From Treponemataceae bacterium (GTDB taxonomy: Bacteria; Spirochaetota; Spirochaetia; Treponematales; Rectinemataceae): a stretch of DNA of 64,000 bases. This document shows positions 9,015-18,392 of this stretch, in pieces. The notes below the pieces were generated by a model. It did no database searches and was not told the origin of the DNA. It saw only the letters and a list, made by a program, of their open reading frames with translations. The first letter of the stretch is position 1. Each line of letters opens with the position of its first letter. A program made the translations under genes and the position numbers. Location: positions 352,001 through 416,000 of the forward strand of contig CAXXGJ010000006.1 of the NCBI GenBank assembly GCA_963677895.2. The letters are read 5' to 3'.

Positions 9015-10094
9015 ATGAAAAAATTCATAAAAGCCTGTTGCATGACAGTACTCCTCGCCGGCTTCATCGTGGGATGCGCCGCGCCCCTGGCCGACAATCT
9101 TACCCCGCCGACCGTGAGTTCCACGGCTCCGTCCACAGGCGAAAACGGCATGCCTCTTAACGGCAACATCTCCGTCACCTTCAGCAAGGAAATGGCCCCC
9201 GCGACGATCAATGCCACCACCTTTACGATGACTGGTCCCGCGACGGCGGTAACCGGCACGGTGGCGATGAATGACGGCCTCACGGCCGTCTTCACTCCTA
9301 CAGGCACCCTCGCCGTCAATACGCTCTACACGGCCACCATCAGCACCGGAGTTCAGGACGTGTATGCCAACGCGATGGAAAGCGCTTATACATGGAGCTT
9401 CACCACGGGAGCAAGCGTTTCTTCCAGCCCGGCCATCGTCAACCTTGGCACTGCTGGCAATTTCGTCGTTCTGGCCAAAGCGGCCGTCTCGACCACGGGA
9501 ACCACCGCGGTTACGGGAAACATCGGACTAAGCCCGGCAGCCACCAGCTTCCTGACCGGCTTCTCTGAAACGATGGACGCCACAAACGTATTCGCGACCT
9601 CGAGCCTCGTGACCGGCAGGCTGTACGCCGCCGACATGACTCCCCCCACTCCCTCCAACATGACCACCGCCGTGGCCAATATGGAAACCGCATACACCGA
9701 CGCCGCCGGACGCGTGACGCCCGACTTCCTCAACTTGGGCGCTGGCGACGTGAGCGGACTTACCCTCGTCCCCGGCCTCTACAAGTGGGGAACGGGACTC
9801 CTGATGGCTTCCGATGTCACTATTTCGGGCAGCGCCGACGATATCTGGATTTTCCAGGTGTCGGAGGATCTGACCGTGAGCAATGGCGTCATGATAACCT
9901 TGAGCGGCGGCGCCCTGCCTGAGCACATATTCTGGCAGGTAGCCGGCCAGGTTTCCCTCGGAACGACTTCAAACTTCAAGGGAATCATCCTCTGCCAGAC
10001 GCAGATAGTGATGCAGACAGGCGCGGTGCTGAAAGGCAGGGCGCTTGCCCAGACCCAGGTTACCCTGGATGCCAACGCCGTAACCCAGCCTTAA
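9015..10094 (+). CDS. Lipoprotein with an Ig-like (Big_5/SbsA) domain and a DUF3494 ice-binding-type domain
   Basis: Lipobox FIVGC; Ig domain PPTVSSTAP...YTWSFTT; DUF3494 motifs VNLGTAGNFVVLA, TLVPGLYKW, IFWQVAG and GRALAQTQVTLDAN. Confidence 0.88.
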   Translation: MKKFIKACCMTVLLAGFIVGCAAPLADNLTPPTVSSTAPSTGENGMPLNGNISVTFSKEMAPATINATTFTMTGPATAVTGTVAMNDGLTAVFTPTGTLAVNTLYTATISTGVQDVYANAMESAYTWSFTTGASVSSSPAIVNLGTAGNFVVLAKAAVSTTGTTAVTGNIGLSPAATSFLTGFSETMDATNVFATSSLVTGRLYAADMTPPTPSNMTTAVANMETAYTDAAGRVTPDFLNLGAGDVSGLTLVPGLYKWGTGLLMASDVTISGSADDIWIFQVSEDLTVSNGVMITLSGGALPEHIFWQVAGQVSLGTTSNFKGIILCQTQIVMQTGAVLKGRALAQTQVTLDANAVTQP

Positions 10095-10120
10095 CGCCGA
10101 GTAATACTTAAAAAATGACG

Positions 10121-10160
10121 AGGGGCTGCCCGGAATTTTCCGGGCAGCCCCTTTCTTTTG
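10121..10160 (+). terminator. Intrinsic terminator
   Basis: AGGGGCTGCCCGGAA-TT-TTCCGGGCAGCCCCT followed by TTCTTTT. Confidence 0.85.
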
Positions 10161-10225
10161 CCCAGGCGGGGGATTCATCGACAAGGATCACCGATCCGCA
10201 TTACACTTTATGCCATGGAGCCAGC

Positions 10226-11278
10226 GTGAGCGAGGAAGAAGGGCGGCACGTCCGCCGCAAGCGGTACCGGGGGAATCACCCCCGCTCGTTTTCCGAGAAA
10301 TACAAGGAACACGATCCGCAGAAATATGCCCGTGACCTCGAACGTGTCCTAGCGCGGGGCGACACGCCCGCGGGCACCCACCGTTCCATAATGGTCAAGG
10401 AAATTCTCGACGTGCTCGCGCCGCGCCCGGGCGATACGGCCGTCGACGCGACACTCGGCTACGGCGGCCACGCCAAGGAAATCCTGAAAGCGATTCTCCC
10501 CGGAGGCCGACTCTATGGCTTCGACCGCGATCCGCTGGAATTGAGGCGGACGATGGAACGGCTTTCGGCATCGGTGATTCCGCCTGAATCCCCTGACGGT
10601 ACCTTCATGCCGGTGAACGCCAATTTTTCGACGATAGCGGAGTATTTCGCCGCCTCCGGCATAGGTGGAGCCGATGTTGTCCTCGCCGACCTCGGCCTCT
10701 CTTCGATGCAGATCGACAATCCCGAGCGGGGATTCAGCTATAAGCAGAACGGGCCGCTCGACATGCGCATGAATACGGAAAAAGGCCAGTCGGCCAGGGA
10801 ATTCCTCGCCGAGGCGCCGGAAGAGCGGCTGCGCGACATCCTTTCGGCCAATGCCGACGAGGCGATGGCGGCGGAAATTGCCCGCGCCATTTGGCTCCGG
10901 CGTGGAGGACTCGCCACGACGCGCGATCTGGCCGAAGCGATCTGTTCAGTCTTCCCCGGGCTCGCCTTCAAAGATCCCGAGATGACGAAAACCCTGCGCC
11001 GCTGCTTCCAGGCCATCCGCATCGAGGTGAACGGCGAATTTTCCTCCCTTGAGACGCTTCTCGCGAGTCTTCCTTCCATCTTGAAGCCGGGCGGCCGCGC
11101 CGCCTTCCTCTCTTTTCATTCGGGCGAAGACCGACGCGTCGAAACCGCTTTCGAGGCCGGCCTGGCCAGAGGCCTTTATTCCTCCGTATCCACGGACGTC
11201 ATCCGACCCGGCCATGAAGAGCGCTACAACAACCCCCGTTCGACCTCCGCGAAGCTTCGGTGGGCAATCCGCGCCTGA
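10226..11278 (+). CDS. rsmH: 16S rRNA m4C1402 methyltransferase RsmH family, N-terminally extended type
   Basis: VDATLGYGGH, DLGLSSMQID, GPLDMRM, FQAIRIEVNGE, SFHSGEDR and NPRSTSAKLR. GTG start after GGAG. Confidence 0.9.
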   Translation: MSEEEGRHVRRKRYRGNHPRSFSEKYKEHDPQKYARDLERVLARGDTPAGTHRSIMVKEILDVLAPRPGDTAVDATLGYGGHAKEILKAILPGGRLYGFDRDPLELRRTMERLSASVIPPESPDGTFMPVNANFSTIAEYFAASGIGGADVVLADLGLSSMQIDNPERGFSYKQNGPLDMRMNTEKGQSAREFLAEAPEERLRDILSANADEAMAAEIARAIWLRRGGLATTRDLAEAICSVFPGLAFKDPEMTKTLRRCFQAIRIEVNGEFSSLETLLASLPSILKPGGRAAFLSFHSGEDRRVETAFEAGLARGLYSSVSTDVIRPGHEERYNNPRSTSAKLRWAIRA

Positions 11279-11424
11279 ATATTGCCGTGAATTCGCGTCT
11301 ATCCGCCGGCTAAAAAATTCTTCAAGAAATAATTTGACAAACCCCATTCTATGCATTAAAAGACCATTGTCACGCCTCTCTGTCGCAGATTGGTTCTTGC
11401 GGGCAAAACCGCTGGGAGCACAGA

Positions 11425-11937
11425 ATGAAAAAAGCGATATTCGCGGTGCTGGTCATTGGAGCGTTTTATGCCGGTTGTTCTCCCTTCGCGATCAATATCC
11501 AAGGCTACGCCTATATCGAGGAAAACCTCCGCGACGCGTGGAAGGATGTGGCTTCGCATAAATATATCAACGAATATATCGAGTACTGGGCCAGCCCGAT
11601 GGAGTTCGAGGCCAGAGGCGGCGGCGACTGCGAGGACTTTGCATTCGCCTTGGTATACAGGCTTGGCAGAAGCGCTTCTTCCGTATGCGTCTTGAACCCC
11701 AAGGGCGGCTTTCACGAGATCGTGAAGTTCAAAGACCTTTACCTGGAACCCCAGCGCTATGGAATGTACTACGACCCCAAGAACCTAACGATCCTCTGGG
11801 CGACGGATTACGACGAAACGATGAGCTTGGTGACCCTATGGGGCGCGAAGCACGCGGACGAGGCATCTTCCCAGATGTCATTCTCCGGGCAGGTTCCGTC
11901 TTGGGAAAGGGATTCGTGCGTCGAGGGCGTATTCTGA
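11425..11937 (+). CDS. Lipoprotein, transglutaminase-like cysteine protease (BTLCP/LapG-like)
   Basis: Lipobox FYAGC; YWASPMEF...GGDCEDFA with a downstream His (GFHEIV). Confidence 0.7.
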   Translation: MKKAIFAVLVIGAFYAGCSPFAINIQGYAYIEENLRDAWKDVASHKYINEYIEYWASPMEFEARGGGDCEDFAFALVYRLGRSASSVCVLNPKGGFHEIVKFKDLYLEPQRYGMYYDPKNLTILWATDYDETMSLVTLWGAKHADEASSQMSFSGQVPSWERDSCVEGVF

Positions 11938-12047
11938 GAAAGATTGGCGAGCGAGAAACAGTTCAACTCATTTTGTCGCGTCCGTGAGAGGGCTATGTCT
12001 TAGCTCTGCTTCCGAAAAGCTTCATAAATAGTTCGCGATAAAATAAG

Positions 12048-12077
12048 TTGACACGTTTCAATTTTCATGGCAATAAT
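12048..12077 (+). promoter_or_regulatory. Promoter whose -35 overlaps a LacI-type operator
   Basis: Near-palindrome TTGACACGTTTCAA (12048-12061) contains TTGACA; AATAAT at 12072-12077. Confidence 0.6.
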
Positions 12078-12125
12078 GCTTCAACAGTCTGCCTGCTGCA
12101 TGCAGGAGGACACAGGGAGGATCAG

Positions 12126-13430
12126 ATGAAGAAAAGGATTCTATCGCTTCTGCTTTTGTGCATGCTGGCGCTGTCGTTCGCAACGGCCCAGGGATCGAAG
12201 AAAATCGAGCTGACCTTTTTCTACCCGGTGCAAGTAGGCGGACCGCTTACCAAGCTCATAGAAAAAATCTGCGCCGACTTCACCGCCGAGAACCCGAATA
12301 TCGTGGTGAAGCCAGTATACACCGGCAATTACGATGACACTGTGGTCAAGATCCAAACCGCCAGATCGGGCAAGAATCCGCCTGAGGTGTTCGTCAACCT
12401 CGCGACCCAGCGCTTTTCCATGGCCTCCACTGGAACCGCGATCGCTCTCGACAGCCTGATCGCCGCGGACGGAGCGGCGGGAAAGGCCTATATCGGTGAT
12501 TTCCTTCCCGGATTCATGGAAGATTCCTATGTCGACGGCAAAATCTACAGCATCCCCTTCCAGAGAAGCACGATGGTGCTCTTCTACAACAAAGACGCGT
12601 TCGCCGAAGTCGGCCTCAATCCCGAAGCTCCTCCCAAGACTTGGGATGAACTTGTCGAGTATTCCAAGAAACTCGTGAAGAAAGACGCGGCGGGCAACGT
12701 TACGCGCTACGGCGTGGGCATCGCTCTCAATTCCGGATCGGCTCAGTGGGCATTTACCGGCTTTGCTCTCCAGAACTCGGAAGATGGGCGCAATCTGATG
12801 AGCGAAGACGGAAAAAAGGTCTATTTCGACACGAAGGGCAACGTGGAAGCGCTCCAGTTCTGGTGCGATCTACAGAGCAAGTACAAGGTCATGCAGCCCG
12901 GCATCGTGCAGTGGACCGATCTGCCCGGACAGTTCATCAACGGATCTGTGGCCATGATCTACCACACCACCGGAAACCTGACAAACATCAACAATAACGC
13001 CAAGTTCAAGTTTGGTACCGCGTTCCTTCCCGGCAGCAAGCGTGTCGCGGCGCCGACAGGCGGCGGCAACTTCTATATCTCCGCCGATCTTCCCAAGGAA
13101 CAGGAGCAGGCCGCGTGGAAGTTCATCAAATTCGCCACGGACGCCGAACGCCTGGCCCAGTGGAATGTCGACACCGGATACGTGGCGCCCAGAAAATCCT
13201 CCTTCCAGACCGCGATCATGAAGGCTTATTGGGCGAAAGTGCCTCAAGCCCGTGTCGCCTTCGACCAGATTCCCTTCGCCAAGCCCGAGCTGACTACCTA
13301 TGAAGCTTCGAAAATGTGGCGAATTCTCAACGACAATATACAGTCGGCCATAGTCGGTGACGCGACGCCGGCTCAAGCGCTCAAGAATGCCCAGAAACAG
13401 GCTGAAGATGCCCTGAAACGCTATCAGTGA
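12126..13430 (+). CDS. ABC transporter substrate-binding protein (UgpB/CUT1-like)
   Basis: Signal peptide; SIPFQRSTMVLFYNKDAF, PPKTWDEL, PTGGGNFYI. Confidence 0.88.
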   Translation: MKKRILSLLLLCMLALSFATAQGSKKIELTFFYPVQVGGPLTKLIEKICADFTAENPNIVVKPVYTGNYDDTVVKIQTARSGKNPPEVFVNLATQRFSMASTGTAIALDSLIAADGAAGKAYIGDFLPGFMEDSYVDGKIYSIPFQRSTMVLFYNKDAFAEVGLNPEAPPKTWDELVEYSKKLVKKDAAGNVTRYGVGIALNSGSAQWAFTGFALQNSEDGRNLMSEDGKKVYFDTKGNVEALQFWCDLQSKYKVMQPGIVQWTDLPGQFINGSVAMIYHTTGNLTNINNNAKFKFGTAFLPGSKRVAAPTGGGNFYISADLPKEQEQAAWKFIKFATDAERLAQWNVDTGYVAPRKSSFQTAIMKAYWAKVPQARVAFDQIPFAKPELTTYEASKMWRILNDNIQSAIVGDATPAQALKNAQKQAEDALKRYQ

Positions 13431-13460
13431 TTTTCTTCGCGCATCGAACGATCTAGAATG

Positions 13461-13507
13461 GAATGCAAGCGGCAAGGCCGAAAGGTTCTGTCGCCTTGCA
13501 TTCTTTT
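13461..13507 (+). terminator. Intercistronic hairpin / partial terminator
   Basis: GAATGCAAG...GCC-GAAA-GGT...CTTGCATTC followed by TTTT, between the SBP and permease genes. Confidence 0.65.
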
Positions 13508-13542
13508 AATATCTTAATTCGCTTTTTATCCGGAGGACTACG

Positions 13543-14451
13543 GTGGCTCGGACCAGCAACGTTCGGAAAGGCCTTTCCAGGCAGCTTAAAATCGATATGA
13601 AGGCCTGGCTCTTTATCGCTCCGGCCCTCGTTTTCATACTGACTTTTACGGTGTATCCGATTCTGCGGAGCCTTTGGCTCGGTATGAACCAGCTTGAAAT
13701 GGGGATGCCAAAACCCTACTTCGTCGGATTTCAGAATTATGTACAGCTGGCGTCGGAGCCCCTGTTCTGGAAGGTTATGCGGAACTCCTTCGCTTTCTCC
13801 CTTCTCACCGTTCTCCCGAGCATGGCATTGGGTATCGGTCTGGCAACAATCGTGAACAAAAAAATCAGGGGAGTCGGCTTTCTCCGGACCGCTTATTTTT
13901 ATCCCGCGGTCATGCCCATGATTGCCATCGCGAGTACGTGGATGTTCATTTATATGGCTCAGTACGGCATGCTTGACCAGTTCCTCGCCAGCGTTGGCCT
14001 TAAGTCGCTCAACGTTCTCTCCAGCAAGAAGACCGTTCTTCCGGCCTTGTCGGTGATGTATATATGGAAAGAAGCGGGCTACCTGATGATCTTTTTCCTT
14101 TCCGGGCTCCAGAACATTTCGACCGAAATTTACGAAGCCGCCAAAATCGACGGAGCCAGACCCTGGACGATTTTCCGCAAGATCACGCTTCCCTTGCTTG
14201 CCCCGACGATGCTCTTCGTCTCCACGATCGCGCTGACCAACAGTCTCAAGCTCGTCGATCACATTGTCATCATGACCGAGGGCGCGCCGAACAACGCCAG
14301 CACGCTTCTCCTCTATTACATTTACCAGCAGGGTTTCATTTACTTCGACCAAGGCAAGGCATCGTCGCTGACCGTGATCATGCTCGTCATAATGCTTACC
14401 GTCTCGATGCTGCAGTTCATCAAGACAGACACGAAAATTTACTACAACTGA
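13543..14451 (+). CDS. CUT1 ABC permease 1 (UgpA-like)
   Basis: EAA loop YEAAKIDGA; FVGFQNY. Confidence 0.9.
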   Translation: MARTSNVRKGLSRQLKIDMKAWLFIAPALVFILTFTVYPILRSLWLGMNQLEMGMPKPYFVGFQNYVQLASEPLFWKVMRNSFAFSLLTVLPSMALGIGLATIVNKKIRGVGFLRTAYFYPAVMPMIAIASTWMFIYMAQYGMLDQFLASVGLKSLNVLSSKKTVLPALSVMYIWKEAGYLMIFFLSGLQNISTEIYEAAKIDGARPWTIFRKITLPLLAPTMLFVSTIALTNSLKLVDHIVIMTEGAPNNASTLLLYYIYQQGFIYFDQGKASSLTVIMLVIMLTVSMLQFIKTDTKIYYN

Positions 14452-14462
14452 GGAGGCGGATC

Positions 14463-15275
14463 TTGAAAAAGAATGAGAATATAGTTCCCGCCACCCTCGG
14501 GTTCATCCTGGCTTTCGTCTGGCTCGTGCCTCTCGTATGGCTGATCGGCACCGCCTTTTCCAAGGCGAGCTTCGCGATGTCCTTGGTGCCCAATTCAGGC
14601 TTCACTCTGGACAATATTATTTACGTATGGCAGAACGTTCCATTCGGCAAATACTACATGAACACGATACTGATCGTGGTCGTCACTTTCTCCGTCCAGT
14701 GCGTCACCGGCACGCTCGCGGCATATGCGCTCGCGACAATGAAGTTCAGGGGCGAGAAGCTCGTCTTCCTCATAATATTCATCCAGATCATCATACCGAA
14801 TGACGTACTCATCATTCCGAATTACCGAACGTTGAGCGATCTCAAACTGACCGACACGAAGCTGGGCATAATGCTGCCTTTCTTCGGCAGCGCCTTCGGC
14901 ATTTTCCTTTTGAGGCAGACTTTCAAGACCATTCCTTTGGCTTTGTCCGAGGCGGCGATAATCGACGGCTGCAGCACGTTGCAGATCATCCGGAACATCT
15001 ATCTGCCGAGTTCTAAGGCAGCCTACATATCCTTCGGTCTCGTCTCCGTGAGCTATCACTGGAACAACTTCCTGTGGCCGCTCATCGTGACCAACTCGCC
15101 CGAAAACAGGACGCTCACCGTCGGTTTAGCGCTCTTCGCCAAGTCCAAGGAAGCGGTGATGCAATGGGCCAATGTCTGCGCCGCCACTTTCATCATTATT
15201 TTCCCTCTGGTCTTAGCGTTTTTCATTTTCCAGAAAAAATTCATAAACAGCTTCGTGAGCTCAGGCATTAAGTGA
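14463..15275 (+). CDS. CUT1 ABC permease 2 (UgpE-like)
   Basis: TTG start after GGAGG; EAAIIDGC; WNNFLWPLIV. Confidence 0.88.
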   Translation: MKKNENIVPATLGFILAFVWLVPLVWLIGTAFSKASFAMSLVPNSGFTLDNIIYVWQNVPFGKYYMNTILIVVVTFSVQCVTGTLAAYALATMKFRGEKLVFLIIFIQIIIPNDVLIIPNYRTLSDLKLTDTKLGIMLPFFGSAFGIFLLRQTFKTIPLALSEAAIIDGCSTLQIIRNIYLPSSKAAYISFGLVSVSYHWNNFLWPLIVTNSPENRTLTVGLALFAKSKEAVMQWANVCAATFIIIFPLVLAFFIFQKKFINSFVSSGIK

Positions 15276-15293
15276 GCGAAAAAAGGATCGGAT

Positions 15294-15995
15294 ATGGAGC
15301 TTAATTTCCTGGGATCCGGGGCGGCCTTCAACCCCATAATGGAGAATTCCAACGCTTATTTTTTGGCAAGCAAACGCTTCTTTCTCCTGGATTGCGGAGA
15401 AACGGCTTTTGGCAAGATATGGAATCTTCCGGCTTACATAGAGAGCGAAGAAGTCGTGGCGCTCATCACCCACTTGCACGCCGACCATGTGGGCAGTCTC
15501 GGCTCCCTCATTTCCTACAGCTATTATGTCATGAAAAAGCCCGTGACCGTGGTCCATCCGCTGGATACCATCGTTCAACTTCTCGATCTTCTGGGTATAG
15601 ATCGCGTCTGCTACCGCTTCCGGAAGCTGGAACGGGGAGAAGCCGCGGATTTCGGGGGTGGCGTATCGGCAAAGCCTCTCATGGTGGATCATGTGGCCAA
15701 CATGACTTGTTTCGGATACATCCTGTCGGATGGCTTCGAGAGAATTTACTTCAGCGGGGACGCCAAATCGCTGCCGGGCGAAGTGCTTGAAGGATTGGCC
15801 AGCGGGGAAATCGATCGAGCTTACCAGGATACAAGCAACACGTTGAGCGATCATCCTACCCACGCGACCTTGGATTATCTGGAGAAGCTCATCCCCGAAA
15901 AATCGCGCGGCAAGGTGTATTGCATTCATCTAGACTACGATTATCGGGATCTCCTGGTTCAGAAGGGATTCAAAGTCGTCAACGTCAAGTCTTGA
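15294..15995 (+). CDS. MBL-fold metallohydrolase (RNase Z / phosphodiesterase-like)
   Basis: FLGSGAAF, LLDCGE, ITHLHADHVG, YFSGD. Confidence 0.85.
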   Translation: MELNFLGSGAAFNPIMENSNAYFLASKRFFLLDCGETAFGKIWNLPAYIESEEVVALITHLHADHVGSLGSLISYSYYVMKKPVTVVHPLDTIVQLLDLLGIDRVCYRFRKLERGEAADFGGGVSAKPLMVDHVANMTCFGYILSDGFERIYFSGDAKSLPGEVLEGLASGEIDRAYQDTSNTLSDHPTHATLDYLEKLIPEKSRGKVYCIHLDYDYRDLLVQKGFKVVNVKS

Positions 15996-16014
15996 TCGAT
16001 CAGCTTTTGATCGA

Positions 16015-18201
16015 TCAGCGCCGGAACTGCTTCTCGTAGGTTTTTCGCGCCTTCTCGAGGGCTTCGGCCGACGAGAGAGCGCCGTTGTAGGCGTTTTTCA
16101 CTTCAAGCCCCAGGATTCCAAGGAATCGCCGCTCGTCGAATGGCGAAAAATCCGTAAAAGGCGTTCTCTGATTGGCCGAGAGGGCGAAGCAATCCTTGGC
16201 CAGGTCGAGCCAGGGATAGCTGTCGATTATCTCATAGTTCTCGTATGACTTCCCGCAAGCGGAAACGCTTCCCAGCAACATCGACGCGGAGGAAATCGGC
16301 TCGCTCGACAGCCAGCGGATGAATGACAGAGCCAGCTCCGGATTTTTGCTGAAGCGTGAAACGCCAAGAGATCCGCCACCTATTATCGGGCTTCCTCCGG
16401 GGACAAGGGCATAGCCTATCCGATTCACAACCTTGGAATTCCGGTTGAGGATATCCGACGCGAAATTGCTGTACAGGATAGTCATCGCGACATTCCCTTC
16501 GCTGAACTCCATGGCCGCGTGCGTCCACCAAGGGCAGGGGACGGGCTTGGCGTACTGCCTGGCCTCGACAAGAGCGTCCAACGCCGTCCTGGCATTTTCC
16601 GTATCGAGAAGGAGCCGACCGCCATCGTCGAAAAGATTCCTGGTCAGGCTGAAATAGCGCGTGAGGAATTCGGTGCCCGCGACGCCTGTGCTCCCGAGGG
16701 TGACCGTCGTGCCATAATCGACGGGCGACTGCGCGTTGAAGGATTTCGTGAAGAATCGCGCGATGCGGTTGTACTCCTCGAAGGTTGTTGGCGGAACAAG
16801 GGGGTGCCGATAGGTCTCCTGGTAAAGGCGTTTCAGGACGGTGCTTTCGAAAAGATCTTTCCTGTAGAAGAGGACTTGCGCGCTCGGGGAGATAGGAATC
16901 GCGTAGAATTTATCCTTGACGAAAAAATACTGCTTGCTGATTCCGCCGACAAAGCTGTCGGGAGCCGAGGGTATCGATGACGAAATATCCTGGAGAGGAA
17001 GGAGTATGCGGCCAGCGAACCAGGACAGCCATGTGACGTCGAGGCGCAGGACATCGTAGATGCTGGATTCATCCATGCCCGAAAGGATCTCGTGGATCTC
17101 GTCATAGGACGATACCGACACATTCACCTTGATGCCAGTCGATTGAGTGTAGAGGAGAGCGAGATACTTCATGGCCGAAGCCTCGGGACTGTCCAAAGTG
17201 AGAAAGTTGATGCAATTGCCGCCATTGCGCGCGGGTGGCTTTGGGGCTGCCCAATCGCGGAACCCCGAGTTTTCGAGAATGACGCGATGTTCGGCCGTGC
17301 GATGCCCGATATGAGAGATCAGAAGGTCGGCCGCGCGCTTACCCATGAGGCGATAGTTGAGCTCGTACTTGATGAAGTTCGGTTCGGGCATGGTGAATAG
17401 CGGGGAAACGGTGTGAATTTTCGTGGTCGCCGGGCTATAAAATGTTTTCAGCACATCGCGTATGGTATCGGCGAATCCAAAGTTCGATACGAAAACGCCT
17501 TCAGGGCAGTCATGATCGAAGAGCTGCATCGCGTTCTGGTTCCGCCTGAACTGATCGGTCTGCATGTGACTGACGCTGACGCTTTTCTCGCCGCTGAAAA
17601 CGGCCATGAAAGCGGCGTAAAAATCCCTCTCGTTCGAAAACCCGAGGTTGTCGGTAACGAGCGCAAGCGATTTCATGCCTTGGCGCAGCGCATACTCGGC
17701 CATGGCCTTCCCGCTTTTTCCGTAATCGAAACCTATGTAATTGCTGGGTTCATTCTGGCCTCGCTCGATGTAAAGGATGGAAGAATCATCGAACCCCGCC
17801 CTGCGATAATCCGCGATCATCTCGCTCGAACTGGGAAAGGCGACTATGCCCCTGGCCATGCCTGAACGGGCTTGGGTAATCATCCTGCGCTCGGTCTCCG
17901 GATCATCGTTGGATAGATAGAGTAGCGTGGAGTAGCCTTTGCTCTTGGAAAAAGAGGTAAAGCTGCGGTAGAAATCGACATATTGCCTGAAACGGATATT
18001 GGGCAGAATAACGGCGAAAATCCGGCTATTGCCTTGCCGGAGCAGTTTCGCTCGCTCGTTGATCGCATAGCCCAAGGCAGAGGCGGCGGCTTCCACAAGG
18101 CGGATCTTTTCGCTCGATACATTGCCTTTGCCGTTGATTACGTTAGAGACGGTTCCTTGGGAGACGCCAGCTTTCTTGGCTATATCTTTTATTGTCGCCA
18201 T
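16015..18201 (-). CDS. LacI-family regulator fused to a C-terminal ABC solute-binding (SBP_bac_1-like) domain
   Basis: MATIKDIAKKAGVSQGTVSNVIN HTH, then a sugar-binding core, then YAIPISPSAQVLFYRKDLF...PPTTFEEY. Confidence 0.85.
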   Translation of the reverse strand: MATIKDIAKKAGVSQGTVSNVINGKGNVSSEKIRLVEAAASALGYAINERAKLLRQGNSRIFAVILPNIRFRQYVDFYRSFTSFSKSKGYSTLLYLSNDDPETERRMITQARSGMARGIVAFPSSSEMIADYRRAGFDDSSILYIERGQNEPSNYIGFDYGKSGKAMAEYALRQGMKSLALVTDNLGFSNERDFYAAFMAVFSGEKSVSVSHMQTDQFRRNQNAMQLFDHDCPEGVFVSNFGFADTIRDVLKTFYSPATTKIHTVSPLFTMPEPNFIKYELNYRLMGKRAADLLISHIGHRTAEHRVILENSGFRDWAAPKPPARNGGNCINFLTLDSPEASAMKYLALLYTQSTGIKVNVSVSSYDEIHEILSGMDESSIYDVLRLDVTWLSWFAGRILLPLQDISSSIPSAPDSFVGGISKQYFFVKDKFYAIPISPSAQVLFYRKDLFESTVLKRLYQETYRHPLVPPTTFEEYNRIARFFTKSFNAQSPVDYGTTVTLGSTGVAGTEFLTRYFSLTRNLFDDGGRLLLDTENARTALDALVEARQYAKPVPCPWWTHAAMEFSEGNVAMTILYSNFASDILNRNSKVVNRIGYALVPGGSPIIGGGSLGVSRFSKNPELALSFIRWLSSEPISSASMLLGSVSACGKSYENYEIIDSYPWLDLAKDCFALSANQRTPFTDFSPFDERRFLGILGLEVKNAYNGALSSAEALEKARKTYEKQFRR

Positions 18202-18392
18202 GAATCGCTCCATTTGTTGATCAGCATGTCCAATTATACCCTAAAAACGGACTCTGTGGATCGCGGAGTTTTTGGCAACGCGGAATTTGAAGAAGAAGAG
18301 CGGCTTATGACGCTATCGGCTTTCTTTGTGACATCATTTTCCTCGCATTATCCCAGGAATGACGCTAGACTCGATGAGAGCGGAGGGAATCG

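Noticed and set aside
11395..11424. GGGCAAAACC resembling the start of a c-di-GMP-I riboswitch
   Set aside because: The second stem and the rest of the consensus are missing, and there is too little room before the ATG.
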